In this document: in pieces, positions 61,132 through 64,000 of the stretch | Layout: each line of letters begins with the position of its first letter | Numbering within the stretch: position 1 is the first letter of the stretch | Assembly: GCF_035594765.1 (NCBI RefSeq) | Contig: NC_085841.1 | Coordinates: forward strand, 263,034,525-263,098,524 | Reading direction: 5' to 3' | Source: Anolis carolinensis | Taxonomy: Eukaryota | Length of the DNA stretch: 64,000 bases | Notes under the pieces: model-generated | Databases searched by the model: none | What the model saw: the letters and a program-made list of their open reading frames with translations, nothing else | What the model was told of the DNA's origin: nothing | Made by a program: the position numbers and the translations under genes

Positions 61132-61277
61132 GGTAAACCAAGAGAAGATCAAACAGAGACAGTCCATCCTCCCACCACCTCAAGGCCCGGCTCCAATCCC
61201 TTTCCAGTATGAAACAAGAAGCTCTCCAAAGAGCAGCGTGAATCGGGTGGCTCCTCCGTCACAGCAAAATGAGCCAG
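61132..61277 (+). CDS. EPS8L2: EPS8L2 exon ([25 protein letters not shown]...NEP G/); gene continues beyond the window
   Basis: Acceptor ctacag, donor g|gtatat; contains [18 protein letters not shown] as in EPS8L2; not shown in the ORF track. Confidence 0.94.
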
Positions 61278-61929
61278 GTATATAAGGCAGTCGCTGGGGG
61301 TTCCCTTAGGCGGATGAGTACTGCAAGTGCCTGCAAACAGTTGTGTGATCCACTCAGGAGTCCACAGGAGTCTTGCATTGCCCTACCTTGTGAAAAGGAG
61401 GGCTGTTCCCTCGTATACCACAAAGCAGTCTACAGAAATGGAAATGCCCCATTCTTTTTAACTGACTTGTGAATTTTAAAAATCCCCTCTCCAAAACACA
61501 ATCCAAGCACGACTATTTCCATTTGGCAATTAAAGCCAAGAACGCATCAGCCCCAAAAGGAATTCTGGTATTTTTAATACATGAATAATCCCTAGTGGCC
61601 ACCCTTGTGCTAGATTCAGGTTAGAGAGAATTCATTTGGACTCTATTTTAATATAAACTCATTTAGTTCATGCTTAATGCAAACCAGAATGCAATTTTCC
61701 TTTAACCCCCCATCTGATTTTTGCAATGCGATTTTCCTGTTGAAAGAAATTTGCAAAAATGTTAACATTACGAAAAACAGTATTCAAAAAGGCATGTAAT
61801 GGAGAAAGTGCTTTTTTATTGCCATGCGTACCACATAGGGGGAAAATCTGAATTAAATAAATGTGATTGTAAAATGTCTGTTTAGAGGATAACACATACA
61901 GAGATAAAGATGAATGTGCATCCATAAGA

Positions 61930-61931
<2 letters not shown>

Positions 61932-61976
<45 letters not shown>
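61932..61976. repeat. (AT)n microsatellite
   Basis: Direct reading. Confidence 0.97.
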
Positions 61977-61981
<5 letters not shown>

Positions 61982-63117
61982 TAATCACACATTCAAAACC
62001 AATTTGCAATGGTATTTAACTTGAATTGAATGAATATGTGCTTCATTTTTTTCCAGTTTTAGAACAGTGCAATTCATAGTGATGGGTCATGGATCAGTGC
62101 CAGTCCATGCGCCATTAACTCTTAGCCCCTGGCAAGGTTTCAAATGTAGCCACTGGGTGCAAAAATGGTACCACTCTGTGATGCACTGCAAAAAGAAATT
62201 GAATATTTTGAGATATAGTGCTTTCGAAATTGAATTGGAGATTGTCCATCCCTATGATTGATGTTGTAGAGGTCCATAACACGTGATAACTCACTGAATC
62301 CATGTCTCAGGTTGTGTCTCCTGTAGAAATAAAACCACCCTGGTTTTTCAACTTAATGTGCTAACTACAGACAAAGTGTTATGCTTTCTTTGATAGCATT
62401 GCCAGGACTCAACCCAAATAATCATCCTATTCACCAGTCCCATAACAATAGCTTCTGCACCAGGTTCACTTACACATAGTCCAGAGTGTGGAAGTAACTA
62501 TATTATCGGTAACACGACAATTTACATGTACCCAAACATTTGAAGTCATCAGTAGCCATTCTCCTGGCCTGTAGCCATAACATCTCCTTTTCATGTATGA
62601 GATAAAAGCAGCAATTTAACTTAGTTCTAACTGTAGTCATAGGGAGGGAATGTTTTGCCACCCTGTGACCCCTTTGTTCCTTTTTTACTCCATCTGTATT
62701 GATAATATTCTCCCTCACTAGAAAAGGCTTGACTCTCCTTATCCTCCAGGCACAAAATTGGCCACATTTTCTTGCTCAGTCTCCTACCCTTTTTGCTTCT
62801 TTCTTTATCTCAAGAGGGAGATGTTTTTTCTAACATTTTTTTCCAATTTGAAAAAGGACCAGATGGGAATACCTTTTGAAAGCAGGAGGGAGTAGGTTCC
62901 ACTGATGTCAATGACTCCTACTTTCTGAGCAGATTGAATGCCTTGCCAAACACTCAGAAATTAGACAGAGAAAAGACGGGGCTTTCCTATTTCTATACCA
63001 AAGCAGGAATTATTTTTCTAGTCTGTCCCGATGGTATCCCTGCAAGGAGGCTGAATGTTTATCCCCCCCCCCCCCGACATCCCCCACTCAGCCTCAAGAA
63101 TAATTGGAAAACCAGTA

Positions 63118-63483
63118 CCTGTATATACTCGAGTATAAGCCGGCCCAAATATAAGCCAAGGCAGCTAATTTTACCACAAAAAACTGGGAAAACTTGTTGA
63201 CTCAAGTATAAGACAAGGGCGGAAAATGCAGCAGCTCCTGGTAAATAAAAATAGATACCAATAAAATTGCATTAACTGGGGCATCAGTAGGTTAAATGTT
63301 TTTGAATATTTACATAAAACTGTAATTTAAGATAAGACTATCTAACTCTGATTACCTATATACTCAAGTATAAGCCAACCCAAATATAAGCCAGCCAGGA
63401 CCCTCACTCAAATATAAGTCTAGGGGGCTTTTTTAGCCCTTAAAAAGGGCTGAAAGACTCGGCTTATACTCAAGTATATATAG
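63118..63483. mobile_element. Tc1/mariner (pogo/Tc2-like) MITE with internal repeats of the TIR motif
   Basis: ctgtatatactcgagtataagccg / cggcttatactcaagtatatatag; TA flanks; internal ctcaagtataag repeats. Confidence 0.8.
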
Positions 63484-64000
63484 TATGTTGAAGTGAAATG
63501 GACAAAAACAAACATTTTTTTACATAAGAATGATTATATTTGGGTGGTAAGGTATCATACAGCCATCATGGTGATTTGAGAAGGAAGGAAAACACCCGCA
63601 GGGTCATCTCACAGAGCTGTTCATGTTCCTATCTCTCTTTTAGAAAGGCAAACAAAAAAAATCAGAAACAATCCAAACACTGTGTGAAAGCTTAGACATT
63701 ATGTAACACCACTCTGTACTAGCTGCCAACATGTTTCCAGTCTGAATTCAAGGTAATGGTAATGACATTTAAAGCCCTCAATAGCTTGGTGCCTTGATAT
63801 TTCAATGAACGCATCTCCCTGCCTGTGTTAGGGTGGAAGTCTCCTGGAGGGACCCTCCACCTCCCAAATGTAGGAGCCACACATTATGGAAAAACAGGGG
63901 AGTCAATCCTCCCTGATGCGGTGCCCCATTTTGGGAATGCCTTCCCCTTAAGGACTCATTTCGTTTTGGTGCCAAGTAAACACACAGTTTTGAGGCCTAA

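Overview
Repeat-rich vertebrate genomic DNA from a squamate reptile, most likely an anole lizard: it carries Sauria SINEs, 5S-derived SINEs, and Vingi, RTE, Penelope, CR1 and L2 fragments of the kind typical of Anolis. The only host gene I can support is the 5' part of EPS8L2 on the + strand. Seven coding exons lie between 14709 and 61277, all GT-AG with matching phases, covering the N-terminus, the PTB domain and the start of the proline-rich region; the gene continues past the window. Most other recognisable sequence is mobile DNA: a solo LTR (1697-2606), a related single-LTR, internally deleted Tf1/sushi-type Gypsy element with intact gag (22230-24384), a second, unrelated solo LTR (40707-42682) interrupted by a composite hAT element, an RTE LINE with an intact 5' end, a Helitron and many MITEs and SINEs. 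Main observations: (1) both LTR families begin with a reading frame in U3, in the same phase. One shows strong synonymous-site bias between two diverged copies and ends in an HMGN-like RRSLRIAA motif; the other carries an acidic FxGF motif. These may be LTR-encoded chromatin-tethering tails of integrase. (2) The Gypsy element has a self-priming PBS. (3) The RTE has a candidate HDV-like ribozyme at its 5' end. All repeat-family names come from recognition by eye, not from a database search.
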